Below are positions 37,082 to 47,249 of a stretch of DNA of 64,000 nucleotides, piece by piece; position 1 is the first letter of the stretch; every line of letters begins with the position of its first letter. This DNA comes from a virus. The position numbers and the translations under genes are program-made. The notes under the pieces were generated by a model that saw nothing but the letters and a program-made list of their open reading frames with translations, made no database searches and was not told the DNA's origin. The stretch is taken from the IMG/VR virus record IMGVR_UViG_3300013006_001433, positions 1 through 64,000 of that record. One strand, 5' to 3'.

Positions 37082-38019
37082 AAGTTCTTTCAGCTTCTAG
37101 AATTAAAACCCTTGAAACTTGTTCTTGGGTTTATTGGAATAACTATCATACTAAAGTCCCGCAATCTCAAAATGATGGAGCTTTAAGAGGAACAATTTGT
37201 CATACAGTTTTTGAATTACTTTTAAATAAAAGACACCTTGAGAACTATAATAGAATAATTAAAAAGAATGCTATTAATGGAGATAAAGGTGTCGATACTC
37301 TAGTTAAAAAATTAGCCAAAAAAGTTAAATTAGATGATAGTAATTATAAACTATTAAATGATATGATTTTAGTAGGTTTAAAACATGATTTCTTTGGTCA
37401 ACACGGAGATATAGTTAAACCAGAATACCCATTTGATATAGAAAGCCAAGAGCCTAAATATCGTATTCGAGGCTTTATAGACAAACCCGTTAAAACCAAA
37501 AAAGAAATGCATATAATCGACTATAAGAGCTCCAAATACAAGTTTAGGGGTGATGACCTTGAAGCTAATATTCAAGCCATGATGTATAGTCTAGCAAGTA
37601 AGAAATTATGGCCCAAATTAAAGCCTATTGTAAAGTTCTTATTTCTTAGGTTTCCAAAGCAACCTATTCAAGAGTTGACTTTTACAGACGAACAAATTAC
37701 TGGTTTTGAACATTATTTAGAGCATATTAATGATTACGTTGATAAATTTGATGAAAATTCTGCTAAAGCAAATTTTGCAATAGATAGTGAAAAGAATAAA
37801 TGGATGTGCAAAATAGGTGGATGGAAATGTCCATATAAAGATCCTTATGAATATTATATCAAATTAAATGATAAAGGCGAAATAGTTGAGACAAGTTTAG
37901 AGAATGATTTTAAAGATATTAAAGGATTTAAAGTAGAAACTAGAAAATATGAAGGTTGTCCTAAATGGCCACAAAGCCAAGTCACTAAAAGTAGCGATGA
38001 TTTTGCTGATTTAAATTAG
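37057..38019 (+). CDS. RecB/Cas4-like PD-(D/E)xK exonuclease
   Basis: LSASRIKT..TC, RGTICH, RGFID, IIDYKS, QAMMY, C-terminal Cys cluster. Confidence 0.8.
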   Translation: MAEETKNLKVLSASRIKTLETCSWVYWNNYHTKVPQSQNDGALRGTICHTVFELLLNKRHLENYNRIIKKNAINGDKGVDTLVKKLAKKVKLDDSNYKLLNDMILVGLKHDFFGQHGDIVKPEYPFDIESQEPKYRIRGFIDKPVKTKKEMHIIDYKSSKYKFRGDDLEANIQAMMYSLASKKLWPKLKPIVKFLFLRFPKQPIQELTFTDEQITGFEHYLEHINDYVDKFDENSAKANFAIDSEKNKWMCKIGGWKCPYKDPYEYYIKLNDKGEIVETSLENDFKDIKGFKVETRKYEGCPKWPQSQVTKSSDDFADLN

Positions 38020-38022
38020 CTA

Positions 38023-38051
38023 TTGACACTAGAATATATATTAATTATAAT
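38023..38051 (+). promoter_or_regulatory. Sigma70-type promoter TTGACA-N17-TATAAT (perfect consensus)
   Basis: 6 nt upstream of ATG 38058. Confidence 0.8.
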
Positions 38052-38057
38052 ATCCAA

Positions 38058-38816
38058 ATGGAAGTACTACCATTATTTAAGTCTCATTTTAGTATTGGAA
38101 GATCTATCCTTACTCTTGAAGACGAAGAGAAAGAGGACAATCAGCCAGACTCTATTATAGATATTGCTAAAGATAATAATTTAAAAGAAATTAATCTCGT
38201 TGAAGATAATATGACTTCGTTTCTGCAAGCTTATACCAATACCAAGAAATATAATATCAACTTAAGATATGGATTAAGGATTTCTATAAACGATGATATG
38301 ACTGAAAGATCAGAGGAGTCTCGTCAAAAAACTTCTAAAGTAGTTATATTTTTTAAAAACGAACAAGGCTATAAAGATTTAATTAAAATATTTTCAACTG
38401 CTGCGAAAGATGGTTTTTATTATGAACCAAGAATAGATTTCAAAACTTTAAAATTATTATGGAGCGATAAGAACTTAATATTATGTATTCCATTTTATGA
38501 TTCTTTTATTTTTAATAACACATTAAGAGGAACAGTTTGTGTGCCAGATTTAGAATTTACCAAACCAATATTATTCATTGAAAATAATAGTCTTCCATTT
38601 GATCATATCATTAAGGATAAAGTTTTAGCTTATGCCAAAGCTAATAAACTAGAAACTCTAAATACTAAAAGTATCTACTATAAAAACGGCAAGGATTTTA
38701 AAGCATATTTAACCTTCAGATGTATTAATAATCGAACCACTTTAAATAAACCAGAATTATCACATATGACCAGTAATCGATTTTCTTTTGAAAGCTTATC
38801 CACTAAAAATAAATGA
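38058..38816 (+). CDS. Stand-alone PHP domain of DNA polymerase III alpha
   Basis: KSHFSIGRSI, KNEQGYKDLIKI, FYYEPRID match the DnaE N-terminus. Confidence 0.75.
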   Translation: MEVLPLFKSHFSIGRSILTLEDEEKEDNQPDSIIDIAKDNNLKEINLVEDNMTSFLQAYTNTKKYNINLRYGLRISINDDMTERSEESRQKTSKVVIFFKNEQGYKDLIKIFSTAAKDGFYYEPRIDFKTLKLLWSDKNLILCIPFYDSFIFNNTLRGTVCVPDLEFTKPILFIENNSLPFDHIIKDKVLAYAKANKLETLNTKSIYYKNGKDFKAYLTFRCINNRTTLNKPELSHMTSNRFSFESLSTKNK

Positions 38817-39331
38817 AAACTATAGAAAAAATTGTTAATGAGTATGGAAATAAAGTTCGTCAAAGAACAGACAATGAAGACAGAACTCTTGCCTATAGGA
38901 ATATGCTTTATAATGAAAGTGGACTATACGCAATAGATCAAGACTTGATTTGCGTAACATTTGAAAATAAAATACCAGAAGCTAGAGCAGTATTAGAATT
39001 AACCAGAATTGATGATTATACACGCGTGCCTCCGCCAAAATATTTTGAATCAATATTAACAAGATATTCTAAAAGAGATCAACAAAAATATATGAGCGTT
39101 TGGTTTGCTAATATGTTAAAAGCTCCAGTTTATATTGTTGCTTTCGCAGAAAATCTCAACGCATTTCATATGTATAATCTTACGGAAGATAATGGAAATT
39201 GGTTCAAGCAAAATAAGTTAGAGCATTTAGAATGGCATTATAATATCAGAGATATGAAAGTGCCATATCATATATACGAAAAATATGATCAGAATATCTC
39301 AACTGATGATCCATTTGCAGATTTAGGATAA
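38813..39331 (+). CDS. Hypothetical protein (possibly nuclease-like fold)
   Basis: AIDQDLI...AVLELT acidic motif. Confidence 0.4.
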   Translation: MKTIEKIVNEYGNKVRQRTDNEDRTLAYRNMLYNESGLYAIDQDLICVTFENKIPEARAVLELTRIDDYTRVPPPKYFESILTRYSKRDQQKYMSVWFANMLKAPVYIVAFAENLNAFHMYNLTEDNGNWFKQNKLEHLEWHYNIRDMKVPYHIYEKYDQNISTDDPFADLG

Positions 39332-39332
39332 T

Positions 39333-39971
39333 ATGGACGAACATTTATTAAGATACGACAAGAGTAAGACCTTTGTTTTTATTGACTTAGAAACATTTAA
39401 TCTTTGTTTGAATTTCTGTCACAACTTACCTTGGCAAATTGGAATGATAAAAGCAAAAGGTGATTATAAAACCGATAGTAAGAATTTTTATATTAAATGG
39501 AATACTGATTTAAAAATTAGCGATGATGCAGCGAGAATCACAAGATACGATCATAAGAAAGTTCAAAAAGAAGGACTCGATATTAAAGAAGCATTTCCTA
39601 CAATTAAAGATTGGTTAGATCATGCAGATTATATTGTTGGACATAATATTCTTGGTTTCGATATTTTCCTAATTAAAGAACTATATGAATCTATGGGTTG
39701 TCATTGGGATCATTTAATGAACAAAATAATTGATACTAATTGTATAGCCAGAGGAATAAAGTATGGAACTCCATATAAACCTAATACTGATTTATTAGAA
39801 TATCAATATAAAACGTATCATACAAAACGAAAAGATATAAAAAGCAGCTTGACATTCCTTGGTAAAGAGAATAGTATAGATCATGAGTATGATAAATTGC
39901 ATGATGCAATTAACGATCTTGATCTTAACTTAAAAGTTTGGAATAAGCTAAAGTGGCAAATTGAGTTATAA
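39333..39971 (+). CDS. DEDDh 3'-5' exonuclease (DnaQ/epsilon-like)
   Basis: FIDLET, VGHNILGFD, IIDT, LHDAINDL. Confidence 0.85.
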   Translation: MDEHLLRYDKSKTFVFIDLETFNLCLNFCHNLPWQIGMIKAKGDYKTDSKNFYIKWNTDLKISDDAARITRYDHKKVQKEGLDIKEAFPTIKDWLDHADYIVGHNILGFDIFLIKELYESMGCHWDHLMNKIIDTNCIARGIKYGTPYKPNTDLLEYQYKTYHTKRKDIKSSLTFLGKENSIDHEYDKLHDAINDLDLNLKVWNKLKWQIEL

Positions 39972-39972
39972 T

Positions 39973-40191
39973 ATGGGATCTTTAGATGATGTATATGACT
40001 TGACGCAAAAACTAGAAGATAGTAATATAGAATATCTTCTAATAACTGTTCAAAAAGGTAAAAAGCAAGGAAAAGCAGATGTATTTTTTCACTTAAAAGA
40101 TAAGTCTTCCATGAGAATCTTAGCTACTGGATTAGCGGCTTTTGATAAACAAATAGATAAAATACAAAGAGAGGAAGAAGATGACGAATAA
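39973..40191 (+). CDS. Hypothetical protein
   Basis: Short ORF between the exonuclease and the DnaE core. Confidence 0.5.
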   Translation: MGSLDDVYDLTQKLEDSNIEYLLITVQKGKKQGKADVFFHLKDKSSMRILATGLAAFDKQIDKIQREEEDDE

Positions 40192-42742
40192 AGATTTTAA
40201 TAGTTTATTTGATCAAGTGGATCTACCTCTTTATGGAGTAAGACTTCCAGAATTTAAAATAGATAATGAATATAAGCATGACTTAGAAGTAAGTGAAGAT
40301 GTATCAAATTATGAATTCCTGAGAGCATTAGCTTTAAAAGGATTTAAAAAATTAAATCTTAAGAAAGATTCTGATTTATATAAAAAATATATTGAAAGAG
40401 CAAAGTACGAATTAGAAACTCTTAAAGAATTAGAGTTTATTGATTATATTATTTTGGTTTGGAGTGTTATTGATTATTGCAATAAGAACAACATTCCAGT
40501 TGGATTAGGTAGAGGTTCAGCAGCTGGTTCTCTTATACTATATCTAATTGGAGTTACTCAAATTGATCCAGTTAAATATGATCTTTATTTTGAAAGATTT
40601 ATATCTAAGATTAGAGCCAAAAAGCAAGTTGTTGATGGAGTGACCTATTTAGATGGTAGTTTAATGTGTGACGTAGATTTGGATATTTGTTATTATAATA
40701 GGCATAAAGTTCTACAATACCTAGAAGAACAATTCAAAGGTAAGACTAGTAAAATTTTGACATTAAATACATTAAGTGGAAAACTCTTAATTAAGGAGTG
40801 CGGAAAAATCGTTGGAGAAAAATCAGAACAAGAGATGACAGAAGTATCATCCATGATTCCAAAGATTTTCGGACAAGTTAAAGATATTACAACAGCTTTT
40901 GACGAAGTTCCTAAATTTAAAGAATGGTGCGAATCTAATAAAGATATTTATGCCGTTGCTCTTAAACTAAGAAACTTAATCAAAAATAAGGGCGTTCATC
41001 CATCTGGAGTTTTGTTATCTTATAATGATTTAGAAAAATCTTGTCCAACTGAATTATCTGGAGACAAAGAAGCGGTATCAAGTTTTGATATGAGTTGGGT
41101 TTCATTATTTAATATTAAACTTGATATTCTAGGCTTAAGAAGCGTTTCTGTAGTAGATGATGTTTGTAAAAGTATTGGTAAAAAAATAACCGATATTGAC
41201 TTGAATGATGAGTCTATTTATAGAAATCTACAAGACCTAAGAAATCCTCATGGCCTATTTCAAATTGAAGCAGAAACTAATTTTAAAGTTTGTCAAAAAG
41301 TTAAGCCTAAGAACCTAGAAGAATTAAGTGGAGTTTTAGCTTTAGCTAGACCTGGAGCTTTGCAATTTGCTGATAAATATGCTGCTCATACTAATTTTCA
41401 ACAATCTGAAAGCATCCATCCATTCTTCGATGACATATTAAAAGATACTGGTGGAGTAGCTTTGTATCAAGAGCAATTAATGAAGATGGCTCATAAAATT
41501 GGCTTCACCTTAGATGAAGCAGAAATTTTAAGAAGAATTGTAGGTAAAAAGAAAACCGAAGAAATTAAAGCTTGGAAAAAGAAGATCGAAGATAAGATTA
41601 AAGAAAATAAACTTCCAAAAGAAGTAGGGGAAATCTTATGGAAAATCTTGGAGGATTCAGCAAACTATTCATTTAATAAATCACATTCAATCGCTTATGC
41701 AGCTTTAGCCGCGATTACTATTTATTTAAAGTTCAACTATCCTCAACAATTCTTTTTATCTCTACTAAAGATGACTAGAAATGAACCAGATCCAATTGGT
41801 GAAATATCTAAAATTCAAAAAGAAATGGGTCACTTCGATATTAAATTATTAAAACCTCATATCATTAAATCTCAGATGGATTTTTCAATAGAAGGTTCTG
41901 ATATTAGATTTGGATTATTATCAATTAAAGGTATTTCAGATAAGTCAATTGAGAAGTTAAATGGATTTAGAAACAAGTACTCTAATAAGTTTGAAATTTT
42001 TCAAGCAGCAGAAGAAGCAGATCTTAACATCGGAGTATTATGTTCGTTGATTCAAGCTGGAGCTTTAACTGGATTTAAACAATCTAGAAGTAAAATAGTA
42101 TTAGAAGCTCAACTTTGGAATATATTAACATCAAAAGAAAAGAAATATGCAATTTCATTTGCCGAACAATTTGATTATGATCTTATTAGAATCATTAAAC
42201 ATTTAAATACATTTACTGATGAAAAGAATAAAGTTATAATTAAGAGCTCTAGATTAGATACAATTAAAACTAAATACGAACCCTACCTTAAAATATACAA
42301 TCAAAATAGCAAGAGCGAAAGTTTTGCTAATTGGTATTATGAAAAAAGACTTTTGGGCTATACTTACGAAAGAACATTAAAAGATATCTTTAACGAAAAG
42401 AGAGAAGATTTATTATTTATTGATGAAATTATGGATTTGCCAGTAAATCAAAAAGTAGCATTAGTTGGAGAAGTTACTGATGTACATTCTGGTATATCAA
42501 AGAACGAGAAGAAAACCAAATATCTAAGACTTAAAGTTTCAGATGAATCTGGCGATATTACTGTATTATTATTTAATGATAAGATAGAAAATTGCAAAAC
42601 TTTGAATGGAAATAAGAATCCAGAGGAAAAGAATATTGTAATAGTCAAAGGTATTAAAAAAGAAGACTGTGTATTTGCTGACTTAGTAGCTGTTCAAGAT
42701 CATCAAATATATATGAAATTAAGCGAAATTAAAAAGATTTGA
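40181..42742 (+). CDS. dnaE: DNA polymerase III alpha catalytic core (lacks PHP)
   Basis: GLGRGSAAGSL, FERF, DVDLD, HPSGV, KLDILGL, YQEQLM, YSFNKSH, C-terminal OB fold. Confidence 0.92.
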   Translation: MTNKDFNSLFDQVDLPLYGVRLPEFKIDNEYKHDLEVSEDVSNYEFLRALALKGFKKLNLKKDSDLYKKYIERAKYELETLKELEFIDYIILVWSVIDYCNKNNIPVGLGRGSAAGSLILYLIGVTQIDPVKYDLYFERFISKIRAKKQVVDGVTYLDGSLMCDVDLDICYYNRHKVLQYLEEQFKGKTSKILTLNTLSGKLLIKECGKIVGEKSEQEMTEVSSMIPKIFGQVKDITTAFDEVPKFKEWCESNKDIYAVALKLRNLIKNKGVHPSGVLLSYNDLEKSCPTELSGDKEAVSSFDMSWVSLFNIKLDILGLRSVSVVDDVCKSIGKKITDIDLNDESIYRNLQDLRNPHGLFQIEAETNFKVCQKVKPKNLEELSGVLALARPGALQFADKYAAHTNFQQSESIHPFFDDILKDTGGVALYQEQLMKMAHKIGFTLDEAEILRRIVGKKKTEEIKAWKKKIEDKIKENKLPKEVGEILWKILEDSANYSFNKSHSIAYAALAAITIYLKFNYPQQFFLSLLKMTRNEPDPIGEISKIQKEMGHFDIKLLKPHIIKSQMDFSIEGSDIRFGLLSIKGISDKSIEKLNGFRNKYSNKFEIFQAAEEADLNIGVLCSLIQAGALTGFKQSRSKIVLEAQLWNILTSKEKKYAISFAEQFDYDLIRIIKHLNTFTDEKNKVIIKSSRLDTIKTKYEPYLKIYNQNSKSESFANWYYEKRLLGYTYERTLKDIFNEKREDLLFIDEIMDLPVNQKVALVGEVTDVHSGISKNEKKTKYLRLKVSDESGDITVLLFNDKIENCKTLNGNKNPEEKNIVIVKGIKKEDCVFADLVAVQDHQIYMKLSEIKKI

Positions 42743-42767
42743 CATTTTATTAAACATAATATATCAT
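42739..42767 (+). promoter_or_regulatory. Sigma70-type promoter TTGACA-N17-TATCAT
   Basis: 6 nt upstream of ATG 42774. Confidence 0.7.
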
Positions 42768-42773
42768 CACTAT

Positions 42774-43325
42774 ATGATATCATTCTACAAACCTAATAGT
42801 AAAAATACTGGAACCGCTTGCAGTTTCACAGTAAATTCAAAAGACGCTTCTATTTGGAGCTCATTAATTAAACAATCTTCTTGGAATGAAGCTAAGAAAA
42901 TTGGCTCATTTTCTGAAAATCAAAATAATCCAAACAAAAGTGTTAAGATCAAGTTTTCTTTAACAGAAGCTGCTGGTCTTCTAGACGCTCTTGAAAGAAA
43001 TACCGAATTTTCTGCATATCACACATCAGAAAAACAATCTACACAAATTAAATTATCTCCATATATTAGAGAAGATAAACAAGTTGGATTCTCTTACATG
43101 GTATCTAAAACAGATAAACAAAATAGTGAAAATAAACAATCATATTTAATTGGTTTTTATTTCAATGAGGCTCGCTTGCTAAAGCAATTTTTATCTTATG
43201 CATTAGATTCCGTTTTTGAATGTCAAAGAATAGAAACAATTAAAAAACTTAAAAACTCTAAAAAAGAAGATAACGACGAAAATCAAAACGATGCCAAAAC
43301 TGATAATGATGGCGAACTTTGGTAA
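42774..43325 (+). CDS. Hypothetical protein with acidic C-terminus (possible ssDNA-binding protein)
   Basis: 183 aa, ends DNDGELW; follows the replication genes. Confidence 0.5.
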   Translation: MISFYKPNSKNTGTACSFTVNSKDASIWSSLIKQSSWNEAKKIGSFSENQNNPNKSVKIKFSLTEAAGLLDALERNTEFSAYHTSEKQSTQIKLSPYIREDKQVGFSYMVSKTDKQNSENKQSYLIGFYFNEARLLKQFLSYALDSVFECQRIETIKKLKNSKKEDNDENQNDAKTDNDGELW

Positions 43326-45247
43326 TGTCTAGAAAAAAGAAATTTTTATATCATTCTGATTTTGCTTTAGCCAAAACAGGTTTCGGTAGAGTTTCTAAAT
43401 CTCTATTAACTTATCTGTATAAAACTGGTAAATATGATATCGTACATTATTGCTGTGGCATGCAAGAAGGAAATCCAGATCTATTAAAGACTCCTTGGAA
43501 ATCTTTAGGCACTCTTCCAAATTCTCCAGCAGAAATAGAACAATTAAATAAAGACCCAAACCAAGCTAGAATGGCGAGCTATGGTTCATATTATATAGAT
43601 AAAGTAATAGAACAAGAAAAACCAGATGTTTATATTGCTGCTCAAGATATTTGGGGCGTAGATTACAGCATATCTAAGCCTTGGTTCAAAAAGATTAAAT
43701 CTGCAATTTGGACTACGCTAGATTCTTTACCTATTCTACCTACCGCTGTAGCTTGCGCTCCAAAATTAAAACATTATTGGATTTGGAGCGATTTTGCAAC
43801 AAAGGCTCTACATGAAATTGGACATAATCATATAGAGACAATGCATGGCCCGATTGATGTCAACAATTTTTATAAATTATCAGAAGATGAAAGAAAAAAT
43901 TTAAGAATTAAAAATAATATTTCTCCAAATGCTTTTATTGTTGGATTTGTTTTTAGAAATCAACTTAGGAAAAGTATACCAAATTTATTAGAAGGCTATG
44001 CTCTGTGGAAAGCTAGAAATCCAGAAGTAAAGAACACGTATTTATTATTGCATACTCATTGGTCAGAGGGTTGGAATATATATAAACTAGCAGATGAATA
44101 TGGAGTGCCGAAGAACGAAATTTTAACAACTTATGTATGTAAGGTTTGTGGTAATTATGAAGTTAAAAATTTTACGGGACAAGAATTGGATTGTAAATTT
44201 TGTGGCGCACAAAAAGCACAGATTACAACTAATGTTGGTCTTGGAATCTCAGAATCTCAACTTAATGAAATTTATAATTTAATGGATGTATATTGTCATC
44301 CATTTACAAGTGGAGGACAAGAAATACCCATTCAAGAAGCAAAACTTACAGAATTAATTACTTTGGTTACAAATTATAGTTGTGGTGAAGAGATGTGTTA
44401 TGAAGAAGCGAATTCTCTAGCTTTAGATTGGTCTGAATATAGAGAGCATGGAACTGAATTTAGAAAAGCTTCTACTATGCCTAGCTCAATTGCAAAACAA
44501 CTTCAAAAAGTTTGGAAAATGCCTATTCAAAAAAGAATAGAAATGGGTAAAGCTGCGAGAGAATGGACTATGAATCATTACTCTTCTGAGGTTATTGGCA
44601 AAAAATTTGAAGATTTTATTGATTCTGCAGAGTATATAGATTATAAAAATTTCTCAATTCAAGCAGAAGACCAAGATCCACTTTTCAATGTTCCTAAAAT
44701 AGATAATGATTCTGAATGGTTAAAATGTTTATATGCTAATATCTTAAAAAGACCAGATGTAGACGAAAACGACGATGGCCATAAATACTGGATGCAAGAA
44801 TTAGGAAAAGGCAAAAAACGAGAAGAGATTGAAAACTATTTTAGACAAGTAGCTTGGCAAGAGAATCAAAAAAATAAAAAAGTCAATTTTGAAGATCTTT
44901 TAGACAAAAATGATAAAGGCAAAAGAATATTATACGTTATTCCACAAGAAGAATCAGACGTATTCTTAAGTACTAGTCTATTTCCTTCTATTAAAAATCT
45001 TTATCCAAACCATAATTTATATGTTGCCACAAAAAATGAATTTTTCGAAATATTAGATGGCAATCCTAATGTTCATAAAGTAATACCTTTTGTTCCACAA
45101 ATGGAAAATCAAATTTGGTGTGAAGGCAATAAAGATCACGAAGGTTATTTCGATATAGCATTTTTGCCCTACGTTGGAACACAAAAAATATTAAACTATT
45201 TACATAATGCTAAAGATAAAATTGAATTTGATATTAAGAACTTTTAA
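43325..45247 (+). CDS. GT4-like glycosyltransferase with Zn-ribbon insertion and extra C-terminal domain
   Basis: KTGFGRV, RNQLRKS, CKVC...CKFC, YNLMDVY, SGGQEIPIQEA. Confidence 0.75.
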   Translation: MSRKKKFLYHSDFALAKTGFGRVSKSLLTYLYKTGKYDIVHYCCGMQEGNPDLLKTPWKSLGTLPNSPAEIEQLNKDPNQARMASYGSYYIDKVIEQEKPDVYIAAQDIWGVDYSISKPWFKKIKSAIWTTLDSLPILPTAVACAPKLKHYWIWSDFATKALHEIGHNHIETMHGPIDVNNFYKLSEDERKNLRIKNNISPNAFIVGFVFRNQLRKSIPNLLEGYALWKARNPEVKNTYLLLHTHWSEGWNIYKLADEYGVPKNEILTTYVCKVCGNYEVKNFTGQELDCKFCGAQKAQITTNVGLGISESQLNEIYNLMDVYCHPFTSGGQEIPIQEAKLTELITLVTNYSCGEEMCYEEANSLALDWSEYREHGTEFRKASTMPSSIAKQLQKVWKMPIQKRIEMGKAAREWTMNHYSSEVIGKKFEDFIDSAEYIDYKNFSIQAEDQDPLFNVPKIDNDSEWLKCLYANILKRPDVDENDDGHKYWMQELGKGKKREEIENYFRQVAWQENQKNKKVNFEDLLDKNDKGKRILYVIPQEESDVFLSTSLFPSIKNLYPNHNLYVATKNEFFEILDGNPNVHKVIPFVPQMENQIWCEGNKDHEGYFDIAFLPYVGTQKILNYLHNAKDKIEFDIKNF

Positions 45248-45255
45248 TATAAATT

Positions 45256-46410
45256 ATGCATACTTTAGAATCATTTGCAACATCTTGTGGAGTTAAAATC
45301 AATAGACCATATATTTATGAAAAATATTATCCATTAAATTTTGATAAATACATTATATTAGATACAAACGATAACAAAGCCCCAGCTAAAAATTACGATT
45401 ACTGGCAAGAAGTAGTTAATCTTATTCTTCCAGAATTAAATAAAGCTAATATTAAAATACTACAAACTTGTGCACAAAATGATCTAAAATTACTAAATGC
45501 TTATACAGTTATTGGCGAGACATATAATCAAAAAGCATATTTAATTAAAAATGCTCAATTATACGCAGGTTCTAATAACTTTGGTATTCAACTAGCCTCT
45601 TATTTAAATAAGAAAACTGTAGCATTATATGGTAATATCTATGCTGCTCAAAATAAGCCTTATTGGAGTAAAGATCAGGACATTGTTCTTATTGAAGGAT
45701 TTGAAAAAGGTAAGCCATCTTACGCTGCTCAAGAACAACCCAAATTAATTAACGAAATTAAACCAGATAAAATTGCAGAAGCTATTCTCAATAAATTAGA
45801 TATCAAGCCTAATGTAAAATATAAATTTACAAACATTGGATTAAATTTTAATACTAAAACTATAGAGATGTTGCCAACAATGATAGTTAACACTCAGGCA
45901 TTTAATGTTCCTCATATTATAGTTAGAATGGATTTACATTTTAGTGAAATTGTATTGGAAACAGAATTAGCGCAAAATAAATGTATTATCGTAACAGAAA
46001 AAAGTATATCAGAAGAGATAATCAAAAAGTATAGAGCAAACATTGTTCAAATCATCTATAAAATAGACAAAGACAATAATCCAAACTTTATTAAATTATT
46101 AAAAAGTTTGAATATCCAATATGGGCTAATGTCCGATTTAGAGCAAGAAGAGATTGATAAAATTAAAATAAATTATATGGATTTAGGTTTAATTATAAAA
46201 GCTCAAACCAAGACTAAAAAAGATTTTAATGTTAAAGGTAAATACTATAAAAGTAATCATTTCATATTAAGTGATAATAAGTTATACATGAGCGAAGCTG
46301 CTGTGGAAAAAGATTTACCTATTAAAGATTTCAATGAAAATGTGCAAGAGATAATTGATACAGATACATTTTGGAAATATGCACAAAATTATGCTTTTTT
46401 AGTTGACTAG
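45256..46410 (+). CDS. GT9-like glycosyltransferase
   Basis: KNYDYWQEVV, AYLIKNA, KTVALYG, INEIKPDKI. Confidence 0.55.
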   Translation: MHTLESFATSCGVKINRPYIYEKYYPLNFDKYIILDTNDNKAPAKNYDYWQEVVNLILPELNKANIKILQTCAQNDLKLLNAYTVIGETYNQKAYLIKNAQLYAGSNNFGIQLASYLNKKTVALYGNIYAAQNKPYWSKDQDIVLIEGFEKGKPSYAAQEQPKLINEIKPDKIAEAILNKLDIKPNVKYKFTNIGLNFNTKTIEMLPTMIVNTQAFNVPHIIVRMDLHFSEIVLETELAQNKCIIVTEKSISEEIIKKYRANIVQIIYKIDKDNNPNFIKLLKSLNIQYGLMSDLEQEEIDKIKINYMDLGLIIKAQTKTKKDFNVKGKYYKSNHFILSDNKLYMSEAAVEKDLPIKDFNENVQEIIDTDTFWKYAQNYAFLVD

Positions 46411-46431
46411 TTTATATAAATAGACTATCAT
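46403..46431 (+). promoter_or_regulatory. Sigma70-type promoter TTGACT-N17-TATCAT
   Basis: 7 nt upstream of ATG 46439. Confidence 0.7.
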
Positions 46432-46438
46432 ACTATTA

Positions 46439-47248
46439 ATGAGTCCAAAAATCAAACAACAAGATCAAACTACCACCATCGGAAGTTCCGCTCTTTTCGA
46501 TACAAATATTGTTCCAGAATTGGTTAGCGAACCAATATTAGAGGTAGTTCCACCAAAACTTATTACTAGAAATAAGTATGGTTTAATTGAAGATAAAAAT
46601 ATCAATTATGTATATAATGATGACGCAACGATTAATTGGCGTAAAATGGTTAAACAAGAATATCTAGTACCAAATAGACAGAAAACTCAAGAAACAGATG
46701 TTTCTAAACTAGAAGATAAGAATTTGCTTATTCTTTTGGGTGGTATCAAAGAACTCGCTCAAATTAGAGGGTTTACTAGTGTCGAATATAAAGTAGTTGC
46801 AGCTAGTGAAAATTACTTTGCTACATCTTGTAAAATTACATGGATTCCTAATTATGAAACAAGTGGTAGAGTTATCGAGTTTGAAGCTCTTGCTGATGCC
46901 ACTTTAAATAATACAAAGAGTTTTGCTAGATTCTTTTTGGCAGCGATTGCAGAGAATAGAGCGTTTGTAAGATGTGTGCGTAATTTTCTAAAGATTAATA
47001 TTGTGTCCCAAGAAGAACTTGGAGATGCTAAACTTTTAGAAGAAGCGGTTTCATCAAATGAAAATCCAACTTCTCCTCAAGTACTACTTGAAAAAGTTAT
47101 GAAAGATAAAAGTATATCATTTGAATATCTAAAAGAAAAACTTGTAAAAGAAAAGTTCGAAGGAGCAGAAAGTTTAAGCTGCGTTCAAGATATTCAAAAG
47201 TCTAAAATTTTTGAGCTGATTGATAGAATTAAAAAAATTAAGAAATAA
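46439..47248 (+). CDS. Possible Rad52-like ssDNA annealing protein
   Basis: GGIKELA...ADAT...AIAENRAFVRCVRNFL resembles the AExRAxxRAxR motif. Confidence 0.45.
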   Translation: MSPKIKQQDQTTTIGSSALFDTNIVPELVSEPILEVVPPKLITRNKYGLIEDKNINYVYNDDATINWRKMVKQEYLVPNRQKTQETDVSKLEDKNLLILLGGIKELAQIRGFTSVEYKVVAASENYFATSCKITWIPNYETSGRVIEFEALADATLNNTKSFARFFLAAIAENRAFVRCVRNFLKINIVSQEELGDAKLLEEAVSSNENPTSPQVLLEKVMKDKSISFEYLKEKLVKEKFEGAESLSCVQDIQKSKIFELIDRIKKIKK

Positions 47249-47249
47249 T

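Noticed and set aside
37057-38019. CRISPR-associated Cas4
   Set aside because: Sits in the replication module with no cas1/cas2 or array; an ordinary phage RecB-like nuclease
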